Assembly: GCA_963784245.1 (NCBI GenBank) | Contig: CAWAQT010000009.1 | Location: forward strand, 139,658-203,657 | Length of the DNA: 64,000 nt | Direction: 5' to 3' | Origin: an uncultured Alphaproteobacteria bacterium | Lineage (GTDB): Bacteria; Pseudomonadota; Alphaproteobacteria; Sphingomonadales; Sphingomonadaceae | Shown here: positions 10,105 through 19,357 of the stretch, piece by piece | Numbering within the stretch: the stretch's first letter is position 1 | How the letters are laid out: every line of letters begins with the position of its first letter | The notes under the pieces: model-generated | The model's database searches: none | Told to the model about the DNA's origin: nothing | The model's input: the letters and a program-made list of their open reading frames with translations, nothing else | Made by a program: the position numbers and the translations under genes

Positions 10105-10197
10105 CGTCATGCTGAACTGGTTTCAGCATCCATGAACACCAAAGTTCAGGACTTGTGACGTGGTGTTCATGGATCCCGGATCAAGTCCGGGATGACG
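10105..10197. repeat. CGTC-tagged palindromic REP dimer (REPIN-like)
   Basis: CGTCATGCTGAACTGGTTTCAGCATCC ... GGATCCCGGATCAAGTCCGGGATGACG, with inner 14-bp inverted repeat ATCCATGAACACCA/TGGTGTTCATGGAT. Confidence 0.85.
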
Positions 10198-10199
10198 AG

Positions 10200-11603
10200 T
10201 CAGGGTTGCGAGGGCGGCGCTACGTACGGCTCGAACGCGCCCCCGGGCACCGCCGAGGCAACGGGGCTTTCGAAGCCGTCCTTGCTGACTGAGGAGACGC
10301 CGAAGACCCAGTCGTCGACGCGGATGCCCTTGAGTACTTCGCTGCATCGGCTCTTGTCAGCTTCTTCGAGGACGCGCTTCCCGTGAGTGGCGATGAAGAT
10401 GCAATTCTGGTTTGGACGGGCCTCAGTCCAAGCATTGCTATCCGTTCGACGCCAACGAACGACGTACTGTTCGACGGAGCGGAAATTGTTTGCGGAAACG
10501 GGATACCACCTGATCGTCGTATCCGTGCTCACCGAACCCTCCACCTTAGGTTCAGGCGGAGGCGGTGCGCTGGCCAAGGCGGCCAGCGCAGCGACGTTCA
10601 GCTTCGTCACCTTCTCCAGATAGGGAAAGTCCATCTCGTCGATCGTGTCGCCGTACTTGATGCCCTTTTCGGTGCGCAGGTCCTGATGCTGGTGCTCGTA
10701 ATCCTCGACCGCGACCGAGAGGCGCACGGCCGGGAACCCTGCGTTGAGGAACTCGGTGTGGTCGCCGCCGCGGCCGAAGCGGTCGTTGCGCCAGACCTGC
10801 ATCACGTCGAGGCCGATGTTCAGCCGATCGGCGAGAGTGTCGAGATAGCGGGAGATATTCCGGGAGGGCGCGTCGTTCTCTCCGCCGAGGCTGCGAATTT
10901 GTTTCGCCAATTCCTCGTGGCCTTGCCAGCGCGGTCCTTCGGAAAAGACTCGCACCACCTTGTCATTGCAGACTCCGTCGGACCCGCAGCTATTGCCGAT
11001 GATGTCGTTGTTGAGGTTGGCGATGACGTTCCAGCCCTGTGCCTTGGCGTAATCGGCCAGGATCTTGCCCCCGAGCAGCCCCTGCTCCTCACCGGACAGC
11101 GCCGCATAAACGATCGTACCCGGGAACTTGTGCTTCGAAAGCACCCGAGCGGCCTCGATGACTGCCGCCGTTCCCGATCCGTCGTCGTTCGCTCCCGGCG
11201 CATCGGCGGTCGCGTTCATCGGGTCCGTCACCCGGCTGTCGATATGGCCGGTAATGATGACAACGTCGTTCGGGCGCTCGGTCCCGCGCTGGATGGCGAC
11301 GGCGTTGCAGACCTTGGTCGGCGTCGGAACGCGACGGCCCGTGACCGTGTCGCAAGTCTGGAGCGTCTCCAGCCCGTACGACTTCATCTCGGCCTCGGCC
11401 CAGCGCACTGCCGCGCCGATGCCGCGCTTCGGATCGGTCTGCGAGGAAAGCGTGTGCCGCGTCCCGAAGCTCACCAGCTTCTCGACTGTCTGCTTCATCT
11501 GCTGGCCGCTGACCGGCTGCACGATCTGCCGCAACTTCGCATCGGGCGATGGCGGCGCCGCGGCAACCAGCAGAAGGCACGGCAACAGGCCAAGTTTACG
11601 CAC
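10200..11603 (-). CDS. Secreted M28-family metallopeptidase
   Basis: Signal peptide; GHIDS, APGANDDGSG, GEEQGLLG, GGDH motifs. Confidence 0.9.
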   Translation of the reverse strand: MRKLGLLPCLLLVAAAPPSPDAKLRQIVQPVSGQQMKQTVEKLVSFGTRHTLSSQTDPKRGIGAAVRWAEAEMKSYGLETLQTCDTVTGRRVPTPTKVCNAVAIQRGTERPNDVVIITGHIDSRVTDPMNATADAPGANDDGSGTAAVIEAARVLSKHKFPGTIVYAALSGEEQGLLGGKILADYAKAQGWNVIANLNNDIIGNSCGSDGVCNDKVVRVFSEGPRWQGHEELAKQIRSLGGENDAPSRNISRYLDTLADRLNIGLDVMQVWRNDRFGRGGDHTEFLNAGFPAVRLSVAVEDYEHQHQDLRTEKGIKYGDTIDEMDFPYLEKVTKLNVAALAALASAPPPPEPKVEGSVSTDTTIRWYPVSANNFRSVEQYVVRWRRTDSNAWTEARPNQNCIFIATHGKRVLEEADKSRCSEVLKGIRVDDWVFGVSSVSKDGFESPVASAVPGGAFEPYVAPPSQP

Positions 11604-11698
11604 AGGACGTCTCCTCTCTCCGTCCCCGCAACTGGCATTTGCGGCCTCCGGGGTCTAGTGCACCCGCAACCTCAAGACAGCGATTCAAGGACCCGGCC

Positions 11699-13198
11699 AT
11701 GTTGCGCGAGATCGACCATTTCATCGGCGGCGAGAGCTATTCTTCAGAAGGCCGTAGCGCCGACGTGTTCGACCCCAACCAGGGCGTCGTTCAGGCCAAG
11801 GTAACGCTCGGCACCTCGGCGGAGCTCGAGCGCGCGATCAACGCCGCCAAGGCCGCCCAGCCGGCATGGGCCGCAACCAACCCGCAGCGTCGCGCTCGCG
11901 TCATGTTCAAGTTCAAGGAACTGATCGAAGCGAACATGGAGGACCTCGCCCACACGCTCTCGTCCGAGCATGGCAAGGTCATCGCCGACGCCAAGGGCGA
12001 CATTCAGCGCGGGCTCGAAGTCATCGAATATGCGTGCGGCATCCCGCAATCTCTCAAGGGCGAATATACGCTCGGCGCCGGCCCGGGCATCGACGTCTAT
12101 TCGATGCGCCAGCCGCTCGGCATCGGAGCGGGCATCACGCCGTTCAACTTCCCGGCGATGATCCCGATGTGGATGTTCGGCATGGCGATCGCTTGCGGCA
12201 ACGCCTTCATCCTGAAGCCGTCCGAGCGCGACCCGACCGTGCCCGTGCGCCTCGCCGAGCTGATGAAGGAAGCGGGCCTGCCCGACGGCATCCTCAACGT
12301 GGTCCACGGCGACAAGGAGATGGTCGACGCCATCCTCGATCATCCGGACATCAAGGCGATCAGCTTCGTCGGCTCGTCCGACATCGCCCAGTACATCTAC
12401 GCGCGCGGCACGGCGAACAACAAGCGCGTGCAGGCGTTCGGCGGCGCCAAGAACCACGGCATCGTCATGCCCGACGCGGACCTCGACCAGGTCGTCAACG
12501 ACCTCACCGGCGCGGCGTTCGGATCCGCGGGCGAGCGCTGCATGGCGCTTCCGGTCGTCGTTCCGGTCGGTGAGGACACCGCCAATGCCCTGCGCGAAAA
12601 GCTCATCCCGGCGATCGCGAAGCTGCGCGTCGGCGTCTCCACCGACGCCGAGGCCCACTACGGGCCGGTCGTCACCAAGGCCCACAAGGAGCGTGTCGAG
12701 AACTACATCCAGATGGCGATCGACGAAGGCTCGGAGCTGGTCGTCGACGGACGCGGCTTCAAGCTTCAGGGCCATGAGGAGGGCTTCTTCATCGGGCCGA
12801 CCTTCTTCGACCACGTGAAGCCGACCATGCGCACCTACAAGGAAGAGATTTTCGGACCGGTGCTGCAGATGGTCCGCGCCAAGGACTTCGAGGAGGCGGT
12901 GCGCCTTCCGTCCGAGCACGAATATGGCAATGGCGTCGCCATCTTCACCCGCAACGGCCACGCCGCTCGCGAATTCACTGCGCGCGTCAACGTCGGCATG
13001 GTCGGCGTGAACGTGCCGATCCCGGTGCCGGTCAGCTATCACAGCTTCGGCGGCTGGAAGCGCTCCGGCTTCGGCGACATCAACCAATATGGGATGGAAG
13101 GCGCCCGCTTCTGGACGAAGACGAAGGTTGTGACCCAGCGCTGGCCCGACGGCGGCGGCCATGGCGAAAGCGCGTTCGTCATCCCGACGATGGCCTAG
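11699..13198 (+). CDS. mmsA: CoA-acylating methylmalonate-semialdehyde dehydrogenase
   Basis: ITPFNFPAMIPMW, KPSERDP, GAKNH, AGERCMA, GVNVPIPVP. Confidence 0.93.
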   Translation: MLREIDHFIGGESYSSEGRSADVFDPNQGVVQAKVTLGTSAELERAINAAKAAQPAWAATNPQRRARVMFKFKELIEANMEDLAHTLSSEHGKVIADAKGDIQRGLEVIEYACGIPQSLKGEYTLGAGPGIDVYSMRQPLGIGAGITPFNFPAMIPMWMFGMAIACGNAFILKPSERDPTVPVRLAELMKEAGLPDGILNVVHGDKEMVDAILDHPDIKAISFVGSSDIAQYIYARGTANNKRVQAFGGAKNHGIVMPDADLDQVVNDLTGAAFGSAGERCMALPVVVPVGEDTANALREKLIPAIAKLRVGVSTDAEAHYGPVVTKAHKERVENYIQMAIDEGSELVVDGRGFKLQGHEEGFFIGPTFFDHVKPTMRTYKEEIFGPVLQMVRAKDFEEAVRLPSEHEYGNGVAIFTRNGHAAREFTARVNVGMVGVNVPIPVPVSYHSFGGWKRSGFGDINQYGMEGARFWTKTKVVTQRWPDGGGHGESAFVIPTMA

Positions 13199-13299
13199 GT
13201 CGTCGGTCGCGTCCCACCGGCGCCTGTGCCATTTGGGGATACGGAACAGCCGCTGCACCGGCTTTGCACCCGAATTCCAGCAGGCGCGTTTGAACAGCC

Positions 13300-13812
13300 G
13301 TGATTCGCTTCTACTTTCCGATCTTCGCCATCACGGCGATCATGAGCATGGTGGCCTGCAGCGGGCGCGATCCGGTGGCGGATGAGGCGAACAACGCCGC
13401 CGCGAACCTGGCTCAGGAGAATGCAGTCAGGCCTGAAGTGAACAGCCTGGTTCCCGCCAACGGAAGCGGCACGAGCGCCGACGAGGCGTCCGCGCAGTCG
13501 ACTGTTTCGCGCAGCATCCCGGCCGCCATGCATGGCCGCTGGGCACTTACCCCCGCCGACTGCACATCCACGCGCGGTGACGCGAAGGGCCTGCTCATCG
13601 TCTCGGCGGACCAGCTGAAGTTCTACGAGTCCGTCGGCAAGCCCGCAGGTCAGCTGGAGACGTCGGCCGATTCCGCCAGCGGCGACTTCGCCTTCACCGG
13701 CGAAGGCATGAGCTGGAAGAAATATGAGGCCCTCGAACTACAGGGCGGCAAGCTCGTACGGACCGAAAGCGACCCGATGACGAGCTTCACCTACGCCCGT
13801 TGCACCAGCTAG
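13300..13812 (+). CDS. Hypothetical lipoprotein
   Basis: Lipobox MVAC; low-complexity linker; IPAAMHGRW...C...LKFYES C-terminal domain. Confidence 0.7.
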   Translation: MIRFYFPIFAITAIMSMVACSGRDPVADEANNAAANLAQENAVRPEVNSLVPANGSGTSADEASAQSTVSRSIPAAMHGRWALTPADCTSTRGDAKGLLIVSADQLKFYESVGKPAGQLETSADSASGDFAFTGEGMSWKKYEALELQGGKLVRTESDPMTSFTYARCTS

Positions 13813-15206
13813 CGGACCAGCTTCCCCGGGTTCATCAGGCCGAGCGGATCGAGAGCATGCTTGATGGCTCGCATGGCGCAGAGCTTCGCGGGTGGGCAGA
13901 GCCTTTCGAGTTCCTCGAGCTTCATCTGGCCGATCCCATGCTCCGCCGAGATTGAGCCGCCCGCCAGCGTCACAAGATCGTGCACCAGCTCCGTGATGGC
14001 AGGCCCATGCTCGCGAACCGTGTCCCCGCGCACGTGGAAGTGGACGTTGCCGTCGCCGAGATGCCCAAAGGCGCTCGCCTTTGAGCCCGGGAAAGCGGTT
14101 TCGACCTCCGCCGCGGTGACCGTCATGAACCGGGGCATGTCCGCAACCGGCACGGAGATGTCGTGAGCGATCGAGACGCCGGTCGCCCGCTCGGCCTCGG
14201 AGATCGAGTCCCGGATACGCCAGAACGCCTCCGCCTGCGCTTCATTGGCGGCCAGCGTTGCATCTTCGATGAGGCCTTGTTCGAGCGCCTCCGCTAGGGG
14301 CGGCTGAAGCAGCTGCGCTGGATCAGCGTCAGCGACCTCCAAAGTCGCTTCGATCAGGACATGCCAGGCGTGCCGCCCGCCAAGCGGACTTCGCGTGCCG
14401 GGAATGTGCTGGAGCACGAGGTCCAGGCAGTCGCCGGGAATGATCTCGAATCCCTCAATCCTGTCCGTGCGCGATTGCATCAGCCGAAGCAACGCCAGTG
14501 CCTTCTCCGGGTCGGAAAGACCCGCCCAAGCGACGGTGCGTGCGGCAACTGCAGGAACGAGCCGGAGCGCGACAGCGGTGATGATCCCGACGGTGCCCTC
14601 CGAGCCGACGAGCAACTGGTCGAGACTATATCCGCGATTGTCCTTCTTGAGCCCGGACAAACCGTCATGGACCGATCCGTCGGGAAGCACGGCTTCCACT
14701 CCCATCACGAGCGACCGCATCGTTCCGAACTTCAGGACCTGCGTTCCGCCAGCGTTGGTCGCGGTGAGGCCACCGACGGTGCAGCTGCCCCGCGCACCCA
14801 AGGTGAGCGGGAAGCGCTGGCCAGCCTCCGCCGCGCGGGCGTGAAGATCGGCAAGGATCATGCCTGCCTCGGCGACGGCCATGCCCGTTTCAATCGAGCG
14901 CAGCCGGTTCATGCGCCTCAGCGACAGTATCAGGGCGGAACAGTCCGCCGGCGGGGTCGCGCCCCCGACCATGGACGTGTTGCCGCCTTGGGGCACGAGT
15001 GGAACCCGATGCTCTCCGGCCAGCCGAACCATGGCTGCGGCTTCCTCAGTCGAAGAAGGGGAGAGGATCGCCTCGGTTTTCCCCTGGAAGCGGCCACGCC
15101 AGTCGGTCAGCCATGGCTCGAGGTTCGCCGCGTCGGTGACGACCGCCTTCGCGCCAAATCGCTGCAGGGCCTCGTCAACGACGGCCTCAATGGGACGGGA
15201 TGCCAT
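13809..15206 (-). CDS. FAD-binding oxidoreductase (D-2-hydroxyacid dehydrogenase/GlcD family)
   Basis: PQGGNT, TNAGG, GSEGT, GHLGDGNVH, SAEHGIG, MNPGK. Confidence 0.9.
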   Translation of the reverse strand: MASRPIEAVVDEALQRFGAKAVVTDAANLEPWLTDWRGRFQGKTEAILSPSSTEEAAAMVRLAGEHRVPLVPQGGNTSMVGGATPPADCSALILSLRRMNRLRSIETGMAVAEAGMILADLHARAAEAGQRFPLTLGARGSCTVGGLTATNAGGTQVLKFGTMRSLVMGVEAVLPDGSVHDGLSGLKKDNRGYSLDQLLVGSEGTVGIITAVALRLVPAVAARTVAWAGLSDPEKALALLRLMQSRTDRIEGFEIIPGDCLDLVLQHIPGTRSPLGGRHAWHVLIEATLEVADADPAQLLQPPLAEALEQGLIEDATLAANEAQAEAFWRIRDSISEAERATGVSIAHDISVPVADMPRFMTVTAAEVETAFPGSKASAFGHLGDGNVHFHVRGDTVREHGPAITELVHDLVTLAGGSISAEHGIGQMKLEELERLCPPAKLCAMRAIKHALDPLGLMNPGKLVR

Positions 15207-15288
15207 TTCCTTGCCTTAGCGCGATTCGAAGGCCTTGGCATCGCGTCCAATCCGCTCCATTGGTGGGCCGTACGGGGAGCGAAATCTT

Positions 15289-16146
15289 ATGAGTTTCTGG
15301 CATGTTGTCGCGGTCGGCGCGGCGGGTCTGGCGTTGGGCTTCGTCATCGCGAAAATGCTGAAAATTACCTTGCGCCGTGCTCGCGATGATCACGCGAAGC
15401 GGCCCGCCCTCTGGAATCGTTTCTATTCGATCGATTGGGGCGACACGACCACCAACAATTACGGCTTTGCCCCGGCCGAGGGCGACCATCCGCAGCGTTT
15501 TCAGCACCAGATGTACCTGCAGCTCCTGCACCGCCTTCGCGAAGCCCGCGAGGTTAAGACGGGCCTGAAGCTGCTCGAAGTGAGCTGCGGGCGGGGCGGC
15601 GGCCTCAATGCCCTGCTTTCGAAGGCGCCGGAGATCGACGCGACCGGCCTGGACGTCGCTCATAGCGCCGTCGATTTCTGTCGCCGTACCTATGGCGAGA
15701 ACGAGCGCCTTCGCTTCGTGCAAGGCAGCGCCCTCGACCTGCCCTTCCCCGACGCCACCTTCGATGCCGTTCTAAACGTGGAGGCTTCGAACGACTATCC
15801 CGACCGCGCCCGCTTCTTCCGCGAGGTCGCGCGCGTGTTGAAGCCCGACGGCATCCTGCTTTACGCCGACACGATGAAGCAGGGTCGCCGGGAAGGCATG
15901 GAGCAGGACCTCGTGTCTGCGGGCTTCGAGGCGGAGTTCCGCGACATCACCAGCAACGTCGCCGAGGCCTGTCGTCTCGACAGCCCGCGCCGGCGTGAGG
16001 TCATCCGCAGGCATGCGCCCGTCGTTGGACGCCTGCTGCTGAAGCGGCAGCTTCACAATTATGCCGCGATCGAAGGCAGCTCGAAGTTCGTCGCCTTCGT
16101 CGAAGGTCGTCGCAGGTACCTGATGACGGCCGCGACCAAGGGATGA
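15289..16146 (+). CDS. Class I SAM-dependent methyltransferase (Rv2952/Fmt-like), N-terminal TM helix
   Basis: NYGF, LLEVSCGRGGG, LPFPDATFDAVLNVEAS motifs. Confidence 0.82.
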   Translation: MSFWHVVAVGAAGLALGFVIAKMLKITLRRARDDHAKRPALWNRFYSIDWGDTTTNNYGFAPAEGDHPQRFQHQMYLQLLHRLREAREVKTGLKLLEVSCGRGGGLNALLSKAPEIDATGLDVAHSAVDFCRRTYGENERLRFVQGSALDLPFPDATFDAVLNVEASNDYPDRARFFREVARVLKPDGILLYADTMKQGRREGMEQDLVSAGFEAEFRDITSNVAEACRLDSPRRREVIRRHAPVVGRLLLKRQLHNYAAIEGSSKFVAFVEGRRRYLMTAATKG

Positions 16147-16634
16147 ACCGACCGCCGATTACCTTGATCGTCGCGAGAGCGACGAACGGCGTGATCGGGC
16201 GGAACGGCACCCTGCCCTGGCGTATCCCGGCAGACCTCAAGCGCTTCAAGAAGCTCACCACGGGCAGCGCCATGATCATGGGCCGGCGCACGTTCGACAG
16301 CTTGCCCGGAGTCCTTCCCGGACGAAGGCACATCGTCCTCACGCGAGACAGGAGCTGGTCCGCGAACGGCGCGGAGGTTGCGCATTCGGTCGACGAAGCA
16401 CTCGCGCTTGCGGCTGACGAGCCCGTCTCGGTCATCGGCGGCGCTGAGATCTTCGAGCTATTCCTGCGCCATGCCCACAGGTTCGAGCTAACCGAAGTCC
16501 TTGGCGACGTTGCAGGCGATACGGTCATGCCCGACCCGCGTTCAACCGGAGATTGGCGGGAGGTCGCTCGCGAGCAGCATCAGGCGGACGGCGAAGTCCC
16601 CTCGTTTCGGTTCATCACACTGGAACGCGCCTAG
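16143..16634 (+). CDS. folA: Dihydrofolate reductase
   Basis: VIG..LPW.IPADLKRFK, MGRRTFDSL, LPGR, VIGG; ATGA overlap with the upstream gene. Confidence 0.95.
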   Translation: MNRPPITLIVARATNGVIGRNGTLPWRIPADLKRFKKLTTGSAMIMGRRTFDSLPGVLPGRRHIVLTRDRSWSANGAEVAHSVDEALALAADEPVSVIGGAEIFELFLRHAHRFELTEVLGDVAGDTVMPDPRSTGDWREVAREQHQADGEVPSFRFITLERA

Positions 16635-17158
16635 CGCGCCGGGCGATACGCCCGCGCGAACTCTCGATAACGCTTGAACTGCTCGGCTAGGACGCCGTCC
16701 ACCAAGGGCGCCATCTTGTCGGCACCGCCGTTGGCGAAGCCGGCCACGCGATAGTTCATCGTGACTCTAGTGCCACCGGCAATCCGCTCGAACTGGACAT
16801 CCATGACGCCCGTTGTCGCTTCGTAAAGCAGAGGACCGAGCGAACCGGTCAGCACGACCCGCTTGCCAGGATCGACATAGCTGACCCGCAAATGTTCGAT
16901 GCCGCCGCCGCCATCCAGCCGCTCGCAGAAGCAGCCGCCGGCACTGAGCGCCATGCTCAGGTTCGCTGCCTTGCCGCTGTACGAATGCTCGGCGTTCCAC
17001 CAGCTGCCGACGCGCCCGAACGCGGAATAGGCCTCTGCCGGCGCTACGACCATTTGCGCCGTCTGGCGAACATGAAAGCCGTTAGACGCGGCGCTCACCA
17101 CTTCAGCGGAAGCGGACGTGGCAATCATCGAAAGCACAATCAACGGAACCAGGCGCAT
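16631..17158 (-). CDS. Secreted SRPBCC/START-like ligand-binding protein
   Basis: Signal peptide; WWNAEHSYSG, GGCFCE, GSLGPL; C-terminal helix. Confidence 0.75.
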   Translation of the reverse strand: MRLVPLIVLSMIATSASAEVVSAASNGFHVRQTAQMVVAPAEAYSAFGRVGSWWNAEHSYSGKAANLSMALSAGGCFCERLDGGGGIEHLRVSYVDPGKRVVLTGSLGPLLYEATTGVMDVQFERIAGGTRVTMNYRVAGFANGGADKMAPLVDGVLAEQFKRYREFARAYRPAR

Positions 17159-17171
17159 AAGCTTTCCCCAG

Positions 17172-17191
17172 TTGATTGAACGTTCAACTAA
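17172..17191. promoter_or_regulatory. Palindromic operator, copy 1 (shared with the TetR promoter)
   Basis: TTGATTGAACGTTCAACTAA with perfect core TTGAACGTTCAA; 19/20 identical to the reverse complement of 54288-54307. Confidence 0.75.
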
Positions 17192-17850
17192 CCCGTGAGT
17201 TTACCGTTGTCCAGTATGGTGCCGATTTCTGCAGCGACCGCGTCTGGCGTACCCATGCCGTCAATCCGCCGGACCAGGCCGCGCTCTTCGTAATAGGGCA
17301 GGATCGGAGCGGTCTTCGCCCGATATTCGGCAAGCCGAGTCCGCACGGTCTGCTCATTGTCGTCGGGCCGGCGAACATACTCCGTGGAACCGCAGACATC
17401 GCAGACGCTGTCGACCTTCTGCCGCTTGAAGACGTCGTGATAGCCGGCACCGCACTTCGCGCAGGTGAAGCGCCCGGTGATGCGCTCGACCAGAGCATCC
17501 TCGTCGACGCAGAGCTCCACCACATGGTCGAGCCCGCGCCCGCGCTCGGCGAGCAGGAGATCGAGCGCTTCGGCTTGTGCCCGCGTGCGTGGGTAGCCGT
17601 CGAAGATCGCGCCCGCCTCGCCCATGTCGTCGAGACGCTCGCCAATCAGTGCGCTGACGATGGCATCGCTGACGAGCTCGCCCGCTTCCATCACCGCCTT
17701 GGCCTTCAGGCCCACCGGGGAACCGCTCTTTACCGCTGCGCGAAGCATGTCGCCGGTAGATAGCTGGATCATCCCGCGATCGGCCTGGAGCCGCTGTGCC
17801 TGTGTGCCCTTGCCCGCGCCCGGCGGCCCAAGAAGAATGATGTTCAGCAT
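17188..17850 (-). CDS. adk: Adenylate kinase (Zn-lid type)
   Basis: GPPGAGKGTQ, STGDMLR, DGYPR; lid CAKC...CDVC. Confidence 0.97.
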   Translation of the reverse strand: MLNIILLGPPGAGKGTQAQRLQADRGMIQLSTGDMLRAAVKSGSPVGLKAKAVMEAGELVSDAIVSALIGERLDDMGEAGAIFDGYPRTRAQAEALDLLLAERGRGLDHVVELCVDEDALVERITGRFTCAKCGAGYHDVFKRQKVDSVCDVCGSTEYVRRPDDNEQTVRTRLAEYRAKTAPILPYYEERGLVRRIDGMGTPDAVAAEIGTILDNGKLTG

Positions 17851-17876
17851 TGCCGCACTCCCCCTTCAGCCGCTGA

Positions 17877-19238
17877 TCAGCGCTTGCGGCTGGTCTTCAG
17901 CTTCGCCTTCTTGATGAGATCGCCATATTGGTGCGCGATCAGGTGGCTCTGTATCTGAGCGACCGTGTCCATCGTCACGTTGACGACGATCAGCAGGCTG
18001 GTGCCGCCCAGATAGAAGGGCACGCCGGCCTGGCTGAACAGGACCTCAGGAATGAGGCAGATCAGGACCAGGTAAGCCGCGCCGACGACGGTCACGCGCG
18101 AGATCAGGTGGTCGAAGTAGATCTCGGTCGCCTTGCCTGGACGGATGCCCGGGATGAAGCCGCCATGGCGCTTGAGGTTCTCGGCCGTTTCCTCGCTGTT
18201 GAACTGCACCGCCGAGTAGAAGAAGCAGAAGAAGGCGATGCCCGCTCCATAGAGGAACAGGTACAGCGGCGACCCGTGCTGCAGGTAGGTGCTGATCGTG
18301 ATCAGCCAGTCGCCGGACTCCGGATTGCCTTGCGAGCCCATCATCTGGATCGCGGTCAACGGCATCAGCAGGAGCGACGAGGCGAAGATCGGCGGGATGA
18401 CGCCGGCGATGTTGATCTTGATGGGAAGGTGGCTGCGCTCCGCCTGCATCATCCCACGCGCAGTCTGTCGCTTCGGATACTGGATCGGTACCCGCCGCTG
18501 CGCCCGCTCGACGAAGCAGATGAAGAGGACGAGGCCGACGGCCAGCGCGACGATGGTCGCGACGAGCAGCGGGTCCATGGTGCCGCTGCGGCCGCCTTCG
18601 AACAGCTGCGCCAAGGCGGTCGGCAAAGTCGCGACGATGCCGGCCATGATGATCAGGGAGACGCCGTTGCCAATGCCGCGGCTGGTGATCTGCTCGCCGA
18701 TCCACATCAGGAAGAGCGTTCCGCCGACGAGGCTGATCGTCGCCGCCACACGGAACATCAGGCCCGGCTCGACGACCGCGCTGATTCCCTGCGCCGCACC
18801 GAGGCTCTCGAGGCCGACGGCGATCCAGTAGCCCTGGACCGTCGTCAGCAGCACCGTCAGATAGCGCGTATACTGGTTAAGCTTCTTGCGGCCGGTCTCG
18901 CCTTCCTTCTTCAGCGCCTGCCACGGAGCGTAAAGCGAAGCGGCGAGCTGAACGACGATGGACGCCGTAATGTACGGCATCACGCCAAGCGCGATGATGC
19001 TCATGCGCTCGAGGCTGCCGCCCGAGAAGGTGTTGAAGAAGTCGAGGACGCCGCCGCGCTGCGTGTCGAACAGCGCCGCCATGGCGCGCGGGTCGATGCC
19101 CGGCATAGGAACGAACGACAGGAAGCGGAACAGGACCAAAGCGCCCAGCGTGAACCAGATGCGCTTCTTGAGCTCAGTAGCCTTGGAAAAATTCGCAAAG
19201 CTGATGTTAGCGGCCATGTTCTCGGCTGCGGATGCCAT
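17877..19238 (-). CDS. secY: Preprotein translocase SecY
   Basis: SIIALGVMPYITASI, GIGNGVSLII, FIPGIRPG, GGTSLLIVV. Confidence 0.98.
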   Translation of the reverse strand: MASAAENMAANISFANFSKATELKKRIWFTLGALVLFRFLSFVPMPGIDPRAMAALFDTQRGGVLDFFNTFSGGSLERMSIIALGVMPYITASIVVQLAASLYAPWQALKKEGETGRKKLNQYTRYLTVLLTTVQGYWIAVGLESLGAAQGISAVVEPGLMFRVAATISLVGGTLFLMWIGEQITSRGIGNGVSLIIMAGIVATLPTALAQLFEGGRSGTMDPLLVATIVALAVGLVLFICFVERAQRRVPIQYPKRQTARGMMQAERSHLPIKINIAGVIPPIFASSLLLMPLTAIQMMGSQGNPESGDWLITISTYLQHGSPLYLFLYGAGIAFFCFFYSAVQFNSEETAENLKRHGGFIPGIRPGKATEIYFDHLISRVTVVGAAYLVLICLIPEVLFSQAGVPFYLGGTSLLIVVNVTMDTVAQIQSHLIAHQYGDLIKKAKLKTSRKR

Positions 19239-19357
19239 TCAATTCGTCCCCGGACTGCGCAAGCGGCGATGCTGCGATTGCTTTCCCCGCCGCGGATATA
19301 GTGGTTCGTTAGCGCAAGGCTAAGCCCCGCGCGCCACTTTTTGCGGCGAGCGAGACT

